A stretch of 64,000 bases of DNA, from positions 5,600,001 through 5,664,000 of the forward strand of contig OZ253462.1 of NCBI GenBank assembly GCA_965261395.1, given 5' to 3'. Of the stretch, positions 54,729 to 63,789 are shown piece after piece. The position numbers and the translations under genes are program-made. This DNA is from Candidatus Latescibacterota bacterium. Lineage in GTDB: Bacteria > Latescibacterota > UBA2968 > UBA8231. The stretch's first letter is position 1, and every line of letters begins with the position of its first letter. Below the pieces are notes generated by a model that was not told the origin of the DNA, made no database searches, and saw only the letters and a program-made list of their open reading frames with translations.

Positions 54729-56092
54729 GTTGCCTCCAACGGTGTTTCCCATAGCAAGCTCAGCGGCACAGCGTAAAGACCGTCGCCGAATCGGGTACAG
54801 GTCTCTCCGTCGTACAGCACCACGCCTCCAGCGAACCGGCTACCCGTTGCCTCCTTGAGTTTGTACAAGCCGCGGAAATCCGCTTTTGTTACAGTGGCAC
54901 CCGTCTTCACTTCCACTCCCGCAACCGCCAGCGCTCCGCGCTCAATGACGATGTCCACCTCCACCTTGTCCTTGTCTCGGTAGTGGAAAAACGCCAAGGG
55001 GGCCTCGTGCCAGCTCGCCTGCCGCCGCAACTCTTGGAACACAAAGGTCTCAAGAAGGTGACCCATCAGGGTCCGATCGGTTGCCAGTCCTGCTGCATCT
55101 ATCCCCAACAGCGCACAAGCAAGGCCGGTATCGCCGATGTGCAACTTGGGCGTCTTGATGAGCCGGCTCAGCCGATTGTGGTACCAGGGTGGAAGCCTCT
55201 CCAACAGAAACACCTGTTCGAGTAGCTTGACATAGTGAAAGATCGTCGGTCGGCTGATCTGAAAGGGGGCCGCCAGATCAGAGACATTCAGGAGCCGAGC
55301 TGTCTGCGCCGCCGCCAATTCGAGTAGGCGGGGTAGGGCCTCAAGACTGCCGATCCGCGCCAGATCGCGCACATCGCGCTGCACTTGGGCGTCGAGATAG
55401 TCGCGGTACCAGTTAGCTCGCCGCCGACCGGTCGGCCGGGCCAGTGCTGGCGGGTATCCACCGGCAACGATGCGCTCGCCGAGTTGGTTCCCGAGTCGCC
55501 CGACCTGTTGCGTCTTAAACCCACTGCTGAATAGAGCATTGAGGAAGCTGGGGAGTCCAGCCGTGGTCGCTCCAACTCCATTTTTCAAATTCAATTCTTT
55601 TAATTCGCATTGGGCGAGAGGATGCAGTCTGACCGTCTCCATGCGGCCCGCTAGGGAGTCCGACAAGTTGGGGACGAGCAGCACATTGGTTGAGCCTGTC
55701 AGTACAAAACGCCCCGGCACGCGGTTGCGATCTACTTCCATTTTCAGCGCCCCGAAAAGCGTGGGGACGCGCTGCACTTCGTCGAGGATGACGCGCTCAG
55801 GCAGATCGGCGACAAACCCCATGGGGTCGGCCTCGGCACCGGCGCGTACGACATCGTCGTCGAAGCTGATGTACGTGTACCCTCGGGGCTTGGCCCTCGC
55901 CAAGCTAAGGGGTTGGCCGTGCCATCTCAGGGTCTGACCGCGCCATCTCAGGTGTTCCGGCACGCACACCATCTGCGCGAGTGTGGTCTTGCCGCATTGC
56001 CGGGGGCCGTGGATCAGGACAATGGGTGAGTCCTCTAGTGCCTCTGCAAGAATCCGCTCGGCAAAACGCGGGTAGAGTTGAGTCTCTGGCAT
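54725..56092 (-). CDS. AAA_14 ATPase with DUF4143 C-terminal domain
   Basis: GPRQCGKTT, ILDEVQR, LTGS, DSLAGR, GGYP, DTGL, EVDIVIE...VEVK. Confidence 0.9.
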   Translation of the reverse strand: MPETQLYPRFAERILAEALEDSPIVLIHGPRQCGKTTLAQMVCVPEHLRWRGQTLRWHGQPLSLARAKPRGYTYISFDDDVVRAGAEADPMGFVADLPERVILDEVQRVPTLFGALKMEVDRNRVPGRFVLTGSTNVLLVPNLSDSLAGRMETVRLHPLAQCELKELNLKNGVGATTAGLPSFLNALFSSGFKTQQVGRLGNQLGERIVAGGYPPALARPTGRRRANWYRDYLDAQVQRDVRDLARIGSLEALPRLLELAAAQTARLLNVSDLAAPFQISRPTIFHYVKLLEQVFLLERLPPWYHNRLSRLIKTPKLHIGDTGLACALLGIDAAGLATDRTLMGHLLETFVFQELRRQASWHEAPLAFFHYRDKDKVEVDIVIERGALAVAGVEVKTGATVTKADFRGLYKLKEATGSRFAGGVVLYDGETCTRFGDGLYAVPLSLLWETPLEAT

Positions 56093-56160
56093 CGGCTAAT
56101 TGTAAATATTAGTCCGTCTAATTGCAAGTTTAGGGTGCGGCTGATTGAAAATTTAGAGCC
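56093..56160. repeat. Three imperfect 22-23 bp direct repeats abutting the ATPase start
   Basis: cggctaattgtaaatattagtc / cgtctaattgcaagtttagggtg / cggctgattgaaaatttagagcc. Confidence 0.7.
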
Positions 56161-56351
56161 GGGCAGAGGGTAGTCTTACTCCACTGTCGCCTCAACGTAA
56201 TAATTAAAAATACTCGATGTGATGGTTAGATGGTAGAGATGTTGTCAGCGCGCTTGCACGTATGCCGATGGTCGGAAGATTGATTTAGCTCTGTTTCTTC
56301 TTATTTTCTGTTTAATAAGAATATCCGCAAGAATATCCGCTAATTAAGCAA

Positions 56352-56576
56352 ATGGAACTCGCCAAGATTACAGCACGTGGGCAGACGACGATTCCCAAGC
56401 GCATCCGCGAGGCGGCCAACCTGCGAGAGGGGGACGTGATCGCCTTTGAGATTGAGGGCGGTCATCTGGTGGTGCGCAAAGTGACGCCGGGGCGGGACGA
56501 CTACCTGCAGGGCCTCTCCGAGGTAATGAGCGAATGGGCCTCGCCCGAGGACGAGGAAGCGTGGCGTGACCTTTGA
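56352..56576 (+). CDS. AbrB/MazE family antitoxin
   Basis: AKITARGQTTIPKRIRE..NLREGD; acidic tail EWASPEDEEAWRDL. Confidence 0.9.
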   Translation: MELAKITARGQTTIPKRIREAANLREGDVIAFEIEGGHLVVRKVTPGRDDYLQGLSEVMSEWASPEDEEAWRDL

Positions 56577-56901
56577 GTCGCTCGATGTAGTCGTTGTTCC
56601 CTTTCCCTTCACTGATCGAAGTGCTGCCAAGCGCCGACCGGCTCTGATCGTCTCATCGGCGAGCTTTAATGAGACTCACGAACAATCGACCTTGGCCATG
56701 ATCACCTCAGCCGGAAACGATTGGCCGAGCGACGTGACGATCCAGGACTGGCGAGAAGCCGGTCTCACTGTCCCCTGCAAGGTCCGTTTCAAGCTCTTCA
56801 CCCTCGATGATACCCTGATTGTCCGCAAGATCGGCACGTTGTCGAAACGAGATGGCCAAGCGGTGAAAAACGCTCTTTCTCGCTTCTTGGCAATCGACTG
56901 A
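56566..56901 (+). CDS. PemK/MazF family toxin
   Basis: DVVVVPFPFTD....KRRPALIVS, MITS, AGL; overlaps the antitoxin. Confidence 0.9.
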   Translation: MTFESLDVVVVPFPFTDRSAAKRRPALIVSSASFNETHEQSTLAMITSAGNDWPSDVTIQDWREAGLTVPCKVRFKLFTLDDTLIVRKIGTLSKRDGQAVKNALSRFLAID

Positions 56902-56976
56902 TACTGCACTGCGACGCCGAATCGCAACTCTTACGGTAATGATCCTTTTCTGCCTAGGGGCTGAATCTCGAAAAAG

Positions 56977-58164
56977 TCATTCGCCTTCTTGGTTTTCGAG
57001 CTCTCGCAACCCCTGCTCCACTAAGGCGACCAGGCGGTTGTTGCCGGCTTTACGTGCTAAATCGCGTGCTTTCTCGAAATCCTGACGCGCTTTGTCTATT
57101 TGGCCTAGTTTGCTCTTTGCAATACCTCGGTTCTTGTAGGCTATGGCGTAGTCTGGTTTCTGTTGGATGGCTTGGTTATAATCATCTATGGCGTTTTCGT
57201 GGTGGCCCAGTTTGGTCTTCACGTTTCCCCGATTGTTGTAGGCTTCGGCAAGATTCGGCTTCAAGCGGATCGCCTCGTCATAATCGGCTATGGCGACTTC
57301 GTAGCGGTACAGTCCCGCCTTCGCAGTGCCCCGGTTGTTGTAGGCTTCGGCAAAATTTGGCTTCAAGCGGATCGCCTCGTCATAATCGGCTATGGCGACT
57401 TCGTGACGGCCTAGATCGCTCTTTGCGTTTCCCCGATTATTGTAGGCTTCGGCAAAATTTGGCTTCAAGCGGATCGCCTCATCGTATGCGTCAATCGCAT
57501 CTTCGGGTTCCCCCTGCTGGATAAGTAGATAACCGACGGAAAACCAAGCTCTGGTGGAGAGCGCTCTATCGACTTCTTCAAAAGCATCGGCGATGCCTTG
57601 CCATATCTTGAGGGCTTCTTCTCCCTTTCCTTGTCCTTGGAGAGAAACGGCCTTCGCAATCGCCTTGTCTGTCGGGGATGCTTTGGGATTTTCGCGGACA
57701 TCCTCAATGATCTGCTTAGCCTTAGTGGGATTATCGGCGACGATCTTGGCGTTTATGTCTTGAGTAAGATTTTCGGCTTCATCTCGGTACTGCTTAATCT
57801 CTTTGACATAGCTTTGAGCCTGAGTCTTGATCTCTTCAAATTCTTTGAAACTCAATACACCAGCAATCGGAATGACAATGCCGAAGACGGTAAGGACTAT
57901 GGCAACGATAGCCAGCCATCTGTTGATGGAGTTCTCCCGGTAATCCAGAATCTCTCTCTGGCGGTCGTTGAAGCGGCGCTCGAACTCGTTGAAACGGCGC
58001 TGGAGTTCGACTTCGACTGCGTCAGGTATCGTCGGCGGGGCAGTTGGGGATGTGTCGGCATCTGTCGATTGCTCGTCTGTCGCCGCCTCGTCCGCTGGTG
58101 CGCTTTCAGCTTTTGATGTCGGGTTCGCTCTACGTGAGAACCATTCCTTGATAAACCGGATCAT
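56977..58164 (-). CDS. Membrane-anchored TPR repeat protein
   Basis: One TM helix, a coiled coil and about 5-6 TPRs (AEAYNNRG...AIADYDEAIRLKP). Confidence 0.88.
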   Translation of the reverse strand: MIRFIKEWFSRRANPTSKAESAPADEAATDEQSTDADTSPTAPPTIPDAVEVELQRRFNEFERRFNDRQREILDYRENSINRWLAIVAIVLTVFGIVIPIAGVLSFKEFEEIKTQAQSYVKEIKQYRDEAENLTQDINAKIVADNPTKAKQIIEDVRENPKASPTDKAIAKAVSLQGQGKGEEALKIWQGIADAFEEVDRALSTRAWFSVGYLLIQQGEPEDAIDAYDEAIRLKPNFAEAYNNRGNAKSDLGRHEVAIADYDEAIRLKPNFAEAYNNRGTAKAGLYRYEVAIADYDEAIRLKPNLAEAYNNRGNVKTKLGHHENAIDDYNQAIQQKPDYAIAYKNRGIAKSKLGQIDKARQDFEKARDLARKAGNNRLVALVEQGLRELENQEGE

Positions 58165-58185
58165 CGCGTTTTCCCTTCCGGTGAA

Positions 58186-58446
58186 CTAGTCGAAACGCTT
58201 GGTCTTGAGAGCGTCTAGGTCGGCGTACTCGGTGCGTCCCTCTCCTGTGAGAGCCTGTTGTAGCGCTTCGATGGTCTCAGCATTGGGAACTCTCACAGCG
58301 AATGGCAATCCTCGATGCAGGGTGACCTGGGTATAAAACAGCGAGATCGCTTCGGTTGGCGACAACCCGAGTTCCGAGAAAACTTCTTCGGCTTGGGATT
58401 TTAACTCCGGTTCGACACAGACGCGGATCATTTCGGTCTTGGCCAT
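58186..58446 (-). CDS. RelB/DinJ family antitoxin (no cognate toxin adjacent)
   Basis: MAKTEMIRV.VEPELK.QAEEVF.ELGLS..EAI.LF......GLPF...PNAET. Confidence 0.88.
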   Translation of the reverse strand: MAKTEMIRVCVEPELKSQAEEVFSELGLSPTEAISLFYTQVTLHRGLPFAVRVPNAETIEALQQALTGEGRTEYADLDALKTKRFD

Positions 58447-58462
58447 GGGTACATCTCCGTAC

Positions 58463-58801
58463 TTATCCATCCAATAGGGCGTCAACCTTACGGATAAGGG
58501 TTGGGAGATTGGTCTCGACCACATCCCACACCAACCTGTCATCCACGTCAGCGTATTCGTGAATTAGGACGTTGCGGAAGGAAATGATGCGTTGGTACTC
58601 GCTGATCTGGGCAGCCACTGCTTTGTCGATTTTAGCAAGTTGCGTCATGGCCTCGCCAATGATCTCGAATTTGCGCTCTACTGCGGCTCGCAGCATGGCG
58701 TCGCGCTGGTAATAGGCAAAAGTCTTGCCGGTAACGAATTCATCTAGTAAGCCCGCAGCTTGCTGGATGTCATACAGATATTTCCGCGCTTCAAGCTGCA
58801 T
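58463..58801 (-). CDS. HepT-like HEPN ribonuclease toxin (DUF86)
   Basis: AVERKFEIIGEA; RNVLIH (RX4H) followed by EY. Confidence 0.9.
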   Translation of the reverse strand: MQLEARKYLYDIQQAAGLLDEFVTGKTFAYYQRDAMLRAAVERKFEIIGEAMTQLAKIDKAVAAQISEYQRIISFRNVLIHEYADVDDRLVWDVVETNLPTLIRKVDALLDG

Positions 58802-59096
58802 AGAGCAGCGTCCTAGTCTCGTCAACGCGTTGTCGGAAGAAGGGATTCTTGATGGCCGAATCGACGACGAGATCTACAGGATGTCCAAAGAGCAGTTCCA
58901 GCGCCTTCAGCAGCCCGAAGTAGGCGTCGGCGTATTCTCCCGAAGCCAGCGTTTGGAATTCCACCAAGAAGTCCAAGTCGCTTTCGCCATGGTAGTTGTC
59001 GGTGGTAGCCGAGCCGAACAAGTCAAGCCGCAGCACGCGGTAACGGATGCAGAGTTGCTGTAACTCGCCGACCCGTTCCTCGACAATGGGTATCAT
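58791..59096 (-). CDS. MntA-like minimal nucleotidyltransferase antitoxin
   Basis: LFGSA.......SDLDFLVEF, LELLFGHPVDLV; overlaps the HEPN gene. Confidence 0.9.
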   Translation of the reverse strand: MIPIVEERVGELQQLCIRYRVLRLDLFGSATTDNYHGESDLDFLVEFQTLASGEYADAYFGLLKALELLFGHPVDLVVDSAIKNPFFRQRVDETRTLLYAA

Positions 59097-59149
59097 CGGA
59101 TGCTCTCCTGTTAATCTTCCCAAAGTAGCTACTATACAGAAACTCAGCC

Positions 59150-61771
59150 TCATTCCTCATTCTTAATTTTCTCTTTCCACTCATTCAGCTTAATCAACGC
59201 CTGAAGCGGCGTAATCTGGCTGAGATCCATGTCCCGTAGCTCCGCCACCCACGGCGCGTCCGCAGGCGCGGGGAAGAAATTGAGCTGGGGTTGAGGGGCC
59301 GGCGGGGGCACGTCCGGGCGGTGGATGTCCGTGGTGTCGATCTGGTCCTTTTCGAGACGGGCGAGAATTTCTTGGGCACGCGCGACGACTTGGGCCGGCA
59401 TTCCGGCCATCTGTGCGACGTTGATGCCATAGCTTTGGTCGGCAGACCCTGGGGCTAGGCGGTGGAGGAACACCACGCGGTCGCCCTCTTCGCGCACCTG
59501 CACGTTGAAGTTGACTACGCGCTCTAGGTGGCTTTCGAGTTCGGTCATCTCGTGGTAGTGCGTGGCAAAAAGGGTGCGCGGGTGGACCTCGCGGTGTTGA
59601 TGCAAGTATTCGACGATGGCCCAGGCAATGCTCAGGCCGTCGAAGGTGCTCGTGCCGCGGCCGAGTTCGTCGATGAGGAGCAAGCTGCGGCTGGTGGCGT
59701 TGTTGAGGATATTGGCCGCCTCGTGCATCTCTACCATGAAGGTGCTCTCGCCGCCGGCGAGGTTGTCGGACGCGCCCACGCGGGTGAAGATGCGATCGAC
59801 GACGCCGATGGTGGCTTGCCGCGCGGGGACGAAGCTGCCCATCTGCGCCATCAGCGCGATGAGACCCACTTGGCGGATGATGGTGCTCTTGCCGGCCATA
59901 TTCGGGCCGGTGATGAGCATGATCTGCGCCCCGTTGGTGTCGAGGCGCACATCGTTGGGCACGAAGCGGCCCGTGCGGAGCTGGCGCTCGACGACTGGGT
60001 GGCGGCCGTCGCGGATTTCGATTAGCTGGCCGTCATCGACTTGGGGTCGGGTGTAGGATTCGCTCTCGGCGACTTCGGCGAGGGAATACAGCACGTCGAT
60101 GCGCGCGATGGCACGGGCGATCTGTTGGACTTGGGGCGTCCAGCGGGCGGCGCGGTCGCGCAGGGCCAAGAATAGCTCGTTCTCCAGCTCTTTGAGGCGG
60201 TCCTCGGCCCCTAGGACCTTTTCCTCGTACTCCTTTAGCTCGGGCGTGATGAAGCGCTCGGCGTTGGCCAAGGTCTGTTTGCGATGGTACTCGGCGGGAG
60301 CTTTGTCGAGGTTGGCCTTGCTGATTTCAATGTAGTAGCCAAAGACTTGGTTGTAGCCGATCTTGAGCGAGGCAATGCCGGTGCGCTCGCGCTCGGTGAC
60401 CTGCAAGCGGGCGATGTAGTCCTTGCCGCCGCGGGCGATTCGCCGCAGATCATCAACGTCCGAGTGATGGCCGTCGCGGATTAGGCCGCCGTCGGTCAGG
60501 GTCGCCGGGGGTGCGTCAACTAGTGCTCCGAGGATTTCGGAGACCAACGTGCTGACGTCGGGTAGCCCCTTGGAGCATAGCTCTTGCAGGAGCGCGCTCT
60601 GCGTGGTGGATAGCGCGGTGCCAAGGGCGGGCGCGGTGTCGAGCGAGCGGGCGAGGGCCACCATGTCGCGGGCGTTGGCCCGCAAGCAACAGATCCGCGC
60701 GATCAGCCGCTCTAGGTCGCCGACCTGCTCTAGGCATTGGCCGAGGGTGCGGCGGATTTCGCGCTGGCGTAGCAGCTCGTCAACGGCCTCTAGGCGGTTG
60801 ACGATTAAGGGCGGGGATTTGAGTGGCTGGGCCACCCATTGGCGCAACAGCCGCGCGCCCATGGGGGTGCGGGTGCGGTCGAGGATTTCGAGTAAGGTGT
60901 TGGCGCGGCTCCCGTCTTGGCGATTGGCGAGGAGCTCTAGGTTGCGCTGGGCCGTGGCGTCGATGAGGGCAAAGTGCTCGCGGTGCTTGCGCTGGAGGCG
61001 ATTGATGTGCTCGACCGCGCCGCGCTGGTTGTCGCGCAAGTAGGCCACCGTTGCCCCGCCGGCGCGGATGGCGGCCTCCATGTCCTCGCAGCCAAAGCCC
61101 TTCAGCGTCTGGACGCGGAGCTGGCTGGTGAGGGTTTCGTACGCGGTATCGGCGGTGAAGTGCCAGTCTGCGAGGCGGCTGAGCGCCACGCGCGGCAGGG
61201 CGTTTTGCAGGGTTGCGACCCACTGTTCGTCGGCCCCTTCGGCGATGAGCAGCTCGGCCGGTCCTAAGCTCTCTAGCTCGTCGGCGAGGTCGCTGGCGGG
61301 AATCTCGTCGAGCGCAAAGTCCCCGGTTGACAAATCGACGCTGGCGAGGCCGACGCGGCCGGCGTGCGCGCAGAGGCCGACGAGGAAGTTGTTGCGCTGT
61401 TGGTCGAGCATGGCATCGGAGAGCGCAGTGCCGGGGGAGACGACCTCGACTACGTCGCGCTTGACCACGCCCTTGGCCTTTTTGGGATCTTCGACTTGCT
61501 CGCAAATGGCGACCTTGCGCCCGAGCTGGATGAGTTTGGCCAGATAGCCTTCCATGGCGTGATGGGGCACGCCAGCGAGGGGCACGTCGCCGGATTTGCC
61601 GGCGGGGCGCGAGGTTAGGGTGAGGCCCAGTAGGCGCGCGGCCTCTTTGGCGTCGTCGCAGAACATCTCGTAGAAGTCGCCCATGCGGAAGAAGAGAATC
61701 GCGTCGGGATGCTGACGCTTAAAGTGCATGTACTGCTCCATCGCCGGAGTGAGCTTGGTTCTCGGTGGCAT
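59150..61771 (-). CDS. mutS: DNA mismatch repair protein MutS
   Basis: FRMGDFYE, TGPNMAGKST, STFMVE, DELGRGTST, FATHYHE, SYGI.VA.MAG. Confidence 0.98.
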   Translation of the reverse strand: MPPRTKLTPAMEQYMHFKRQHPDAILFFRMGDFYEMFCDDAKEAARLLGLTLTSRPAGKSGDVPLAGVPHHAMEGYLAKLIQLGRKVAICEQVEDPKKAKGVVKRDVVEVVSPGTALSDAMLDQQRNNFLVGLCAHAGRVGLASVDLSTGDFALDEIPASDLADELESLGPAELLIAEGADEQWVATLQNALPRVALSRLADWHFTADTAYETLTSQLRVQTLKGFGCEDMEAAIRAGGATVAYLRDNQRGAVEHINRLQRKHREHFALIDATAQRNLELLANRQDGSRANTLLEILDRTRTPMGARLLRQWVAQPLKSPPLIVNRLEAVDELLRQREIRRTLGQCLEQVGDLERLIARICCLRANARDMVALARSLDTAPALGTALSTTQSALLQELCSKGLPDVSTLVSEILGALVDAPPATLTDGGLIRDGHHSDVDDLRRIARGGKDYIARLQVTERERTGIASLKIGYNQVFGYYIEISKANLDKAPAEYHRKQTLANAERFITPELKEYEEKVLGAEDRLKELENELFLALRDRAARWTPQVQQIARAIARIDVLYSLAEVAESESYTRPQVDDGQLIEIRDGRHPVVERQLRTGRFVPNDVRLDTNGAQIMLITGPNMAGKSTIIRQVGLIALMAQMGSFVPARQATIGVVDRIFTRVGASDNLAGGESTFMVEMHEAANILNNATSRSLLLIDELGRGTSTFDGLSIAWAIVEYLHQHREVHPRTLFATHYHEMTELESHLERVVNFNVQVREEGDRVVFLHRLAPGSADQSYGINVAQMAGMPAQVVARAQEILARLEKDQIDTTDIHRPDVPPPAPQPQLNFFPAPADAPWVAELRDMDLSQITPLQALIKLNEWKEKIKNEE

Positions 61772-61804
61772 GATATGGGCGGGTTAGTGGGTTGGGGTTG
61801 GTAG

Positions 61805-61843
61805 AAATAAAAACGCGGTGGAACGATCGTTCGTCCCACCGCG
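61805..61843 (-). terminator. Rho-independent terminator after rpsA
   Basis: On the - strand: stem cgcggtgggacga / tcgttccaccgcg with a 4-nt loop, followed by TTTTTATTT. Confidence 0.85.
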
Positions 61844-61863
61844 CTTGCTTGTTGATGCAGAGC

Positions 61864-63708
61864 TTACGACTTGTCTTGCTCGTCGTCGTGAGTGTCTTGC
61901 TCGCCGTGAGCGTCTCCCCAGCTCTCCATCTCGTCGTCCTTGTCGTCGTCGACCTCGTCGTCGACCTCGGGGACGATCTCTTGGATGGGATGGTCGGCTA
62001 AGTAGGCTTCGTACTCGGCTTGGTCCTTGTCCTTAAAGTAATCGCGCACGCTGAGGACGATCTTTTTTTGGTTCTTGTCGAACTCGATGACCTCTAGCGG
62101 GAGCTCCTGCCCTTCGGCAAAGCTCTGGCGCGGGTTTTGCAACCCATCGATGGCCAAATGCGACAGCGGCACGAACCCATCGACTTCATCGACGAGCGAG
62201 ACGACGACGCCGCGCTCGAGGATGCGCGAGATCGCGCCCCGCACCTCGACACCCACCGCGTACTGATCGGTGAAGTGAGACCAGGGATTTTCAAAGGCAT
62301 CCTTGTGGCTGAGCGAGATGCGGCGACGCTTGATGTCGATTTCGGTGACGACCACGGGAATCACGTCGCCCTTTTTGAACATTTCGCTGGCTTGGCGGAT
62401 GCGCTTAGTCCAAGACATATCCGAAATGTGGACTAGCCCGTCGATGTTGTCCTCGATCTCGACGAAGGCCCCGAAGTTGGTCAGGCTGCATACCGTGCCC
62501 TCGATCTTGGTGCCGGGGGGATACTTGGCGTCGAGGGTATCCCACGGATCGTCCTCGGTTTGCTTCATGCCGAGCGAGATCTTCTGGTTCTCGCTGTCGA
62601 TCTTGAGCACCTTCACCTCGACGATGTCGCCGATTTCAACCAGCTTGGAAGGATGGCGCACGTGCTGGGTCCAGGACATCTCAGAGATGTGGACTAGACC
62701 CTCGATACCCTCCTCCAGCTCGACGAAGGCACCGTAGTCGGTGATGGAGACCACCTTGCCGCGAATTTGGCTCTCAATCGGGTACTTCTTCTCGATGTTC
62801 TCCCACGGATGGGCAGTTAGCTGCTTCAGCCCCAAGGAGATGCGCTCGCGCTTGCGGTCGTAGCTGAGCACCTTGACCTTGATGCGGTCGCCGATGGAGA
62901 CCAACTCCGAGGGGTGGTTGACGCGCCCCCACGACATGTCGGTGATGTGGAGAAGACCATCGACGCCGCCCAAGTCGATGAAGGCGCCGAAGTCGGTGAT
63001 GTTCTTGACGATGCCCTCGCGGGTTTGGCCTTCCTCCAACACCTTGACGATCTCCTCGCGCATCCGCGCCCGCTCTTCCTCTAGCACGGCACGGCGCGAG
63101 ACGACGATGTTGCGCCGCGCCTTGTTGAGCTTGATGATCTTGAAGGGAAACTCGTGGCCGATGAACTGGTCGAAGTTCTTGACTTGGCGGATGTCGATCT
63201 GCGAGCCGGGCAGAAAGGCCTCGACGCCGAAGAGGCTGACGACGATGCCGCCCTTGATGCGCCGCATCAGCCGACCCTCGACGGTGTTGCCAGTGTCGTG
63301 AGCATCCTTGATCAAATCCCACACCCGCATGAAGTCGGCCTTCTGCTTGGAGAGCACGACTTGGCCGTCTTGGTCTTCGACGTCTTCTAAGAAGACGTCG
63401 ATTTCCTGGCCGGCCTCAATGGACTCGGGGTCGGAAAATTCCTTGATCGAGACCGCGCCTTCGGACTTGAAGCCGATATCGACCATCACTTCGCTGGGGC
63501 CAATTGAAACGACTGTGCCCTTGACGATCTGGCCCTCTTTGATGCCGGAGATGCTCTCCTCGTAGAGGGCCATGAATTCGTCGAATTGGGCCTGATCGTA
63601 CTCGGGCTTTTCTAGCTCTTCGATGCTGACGTTGCCGTACACAGGAGCTTCTTGTGGTGCTTCTGTTGCTTCCTGCGGCTCTTCTGTTACTGTGGTTTCT
63701 TCAGTCAT
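61864..63708 (-). CDS. rpsA: 30S ribosomal protein S1
   Basis: Six S1 domains (DIGFKSEG, FLPGSQ, FGAFIDLGGVDGLLHITDMSW, RISLGLKQ); acidic tail. Confidence 0.98.
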   Translation of the reverse strand: MTEETTVTEEPQEATEAPQEAPVYGNVSIEELEKPEYDQAQFDEFMALYEESISGIKEGQIVKGTVVSIGPSEVMVDIGFKSEGAVSIKEFSDPESIEAGQEIDVFLEDVEDQDGQVVLSKQKADFMRVWDLIKDAHDTGNTVEGRLMRRIKGGIVVSLFGVEAFLPGSQIDIRQVKNFDQFIGHEFPFKIIKLNKARRNIVVSRRAVLEEERARMREEIVKVLEEGQTREGIVKNITDFGAFIDLGGVDGLLHITDMSWGRVNHPSELVSIGDRIKVKVLSYDRKRERISLGLKQLTAHPWENIEKKYPIESQIRGKVVSITDYGAFVELEEGIEGLVHISEMSWTQHVRHPSKLVEIGDIVEVKVLKIDSENQKISLGMKQTEDDPWDTLDAKYPPGTKIEGTVCSLTNFGAFVEIEDNIDGLVHISDMSWTKRIRQASEMFKKGDVIPVVVTEIDIKRRRISLSHKDAFENPWSHFTDQYAVGVEVRGAISRILERGVVVSLVDEVDGFVPLSHLAIDGLQNPRQSFAEGQELPLEVIEFDKNQKKIVLSVRDYFKDKDQAEYEAYLADHPIQEIVPEVDDEVDDDKDDEMESWGDAHGEQDTHDDEQDKS

Positions 63709-63789
63709 GTTGCGCAGATCCTCAAAAAGGTTAAAGCGAAGCGCTCACTTCGCGTAGTGTGATACCGGCGCGGCCTTTCCGCGCCAGGA

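Noticed and set aside
57229-57490. Near-identical ~70-bp blocks with variable gaps as a CRISPR or DGR template
   Set aside because: The period is 102 bp, equal to a 34-aa TPR unit. There is no reverse transcriptase, and the differences are not adenine-specific.
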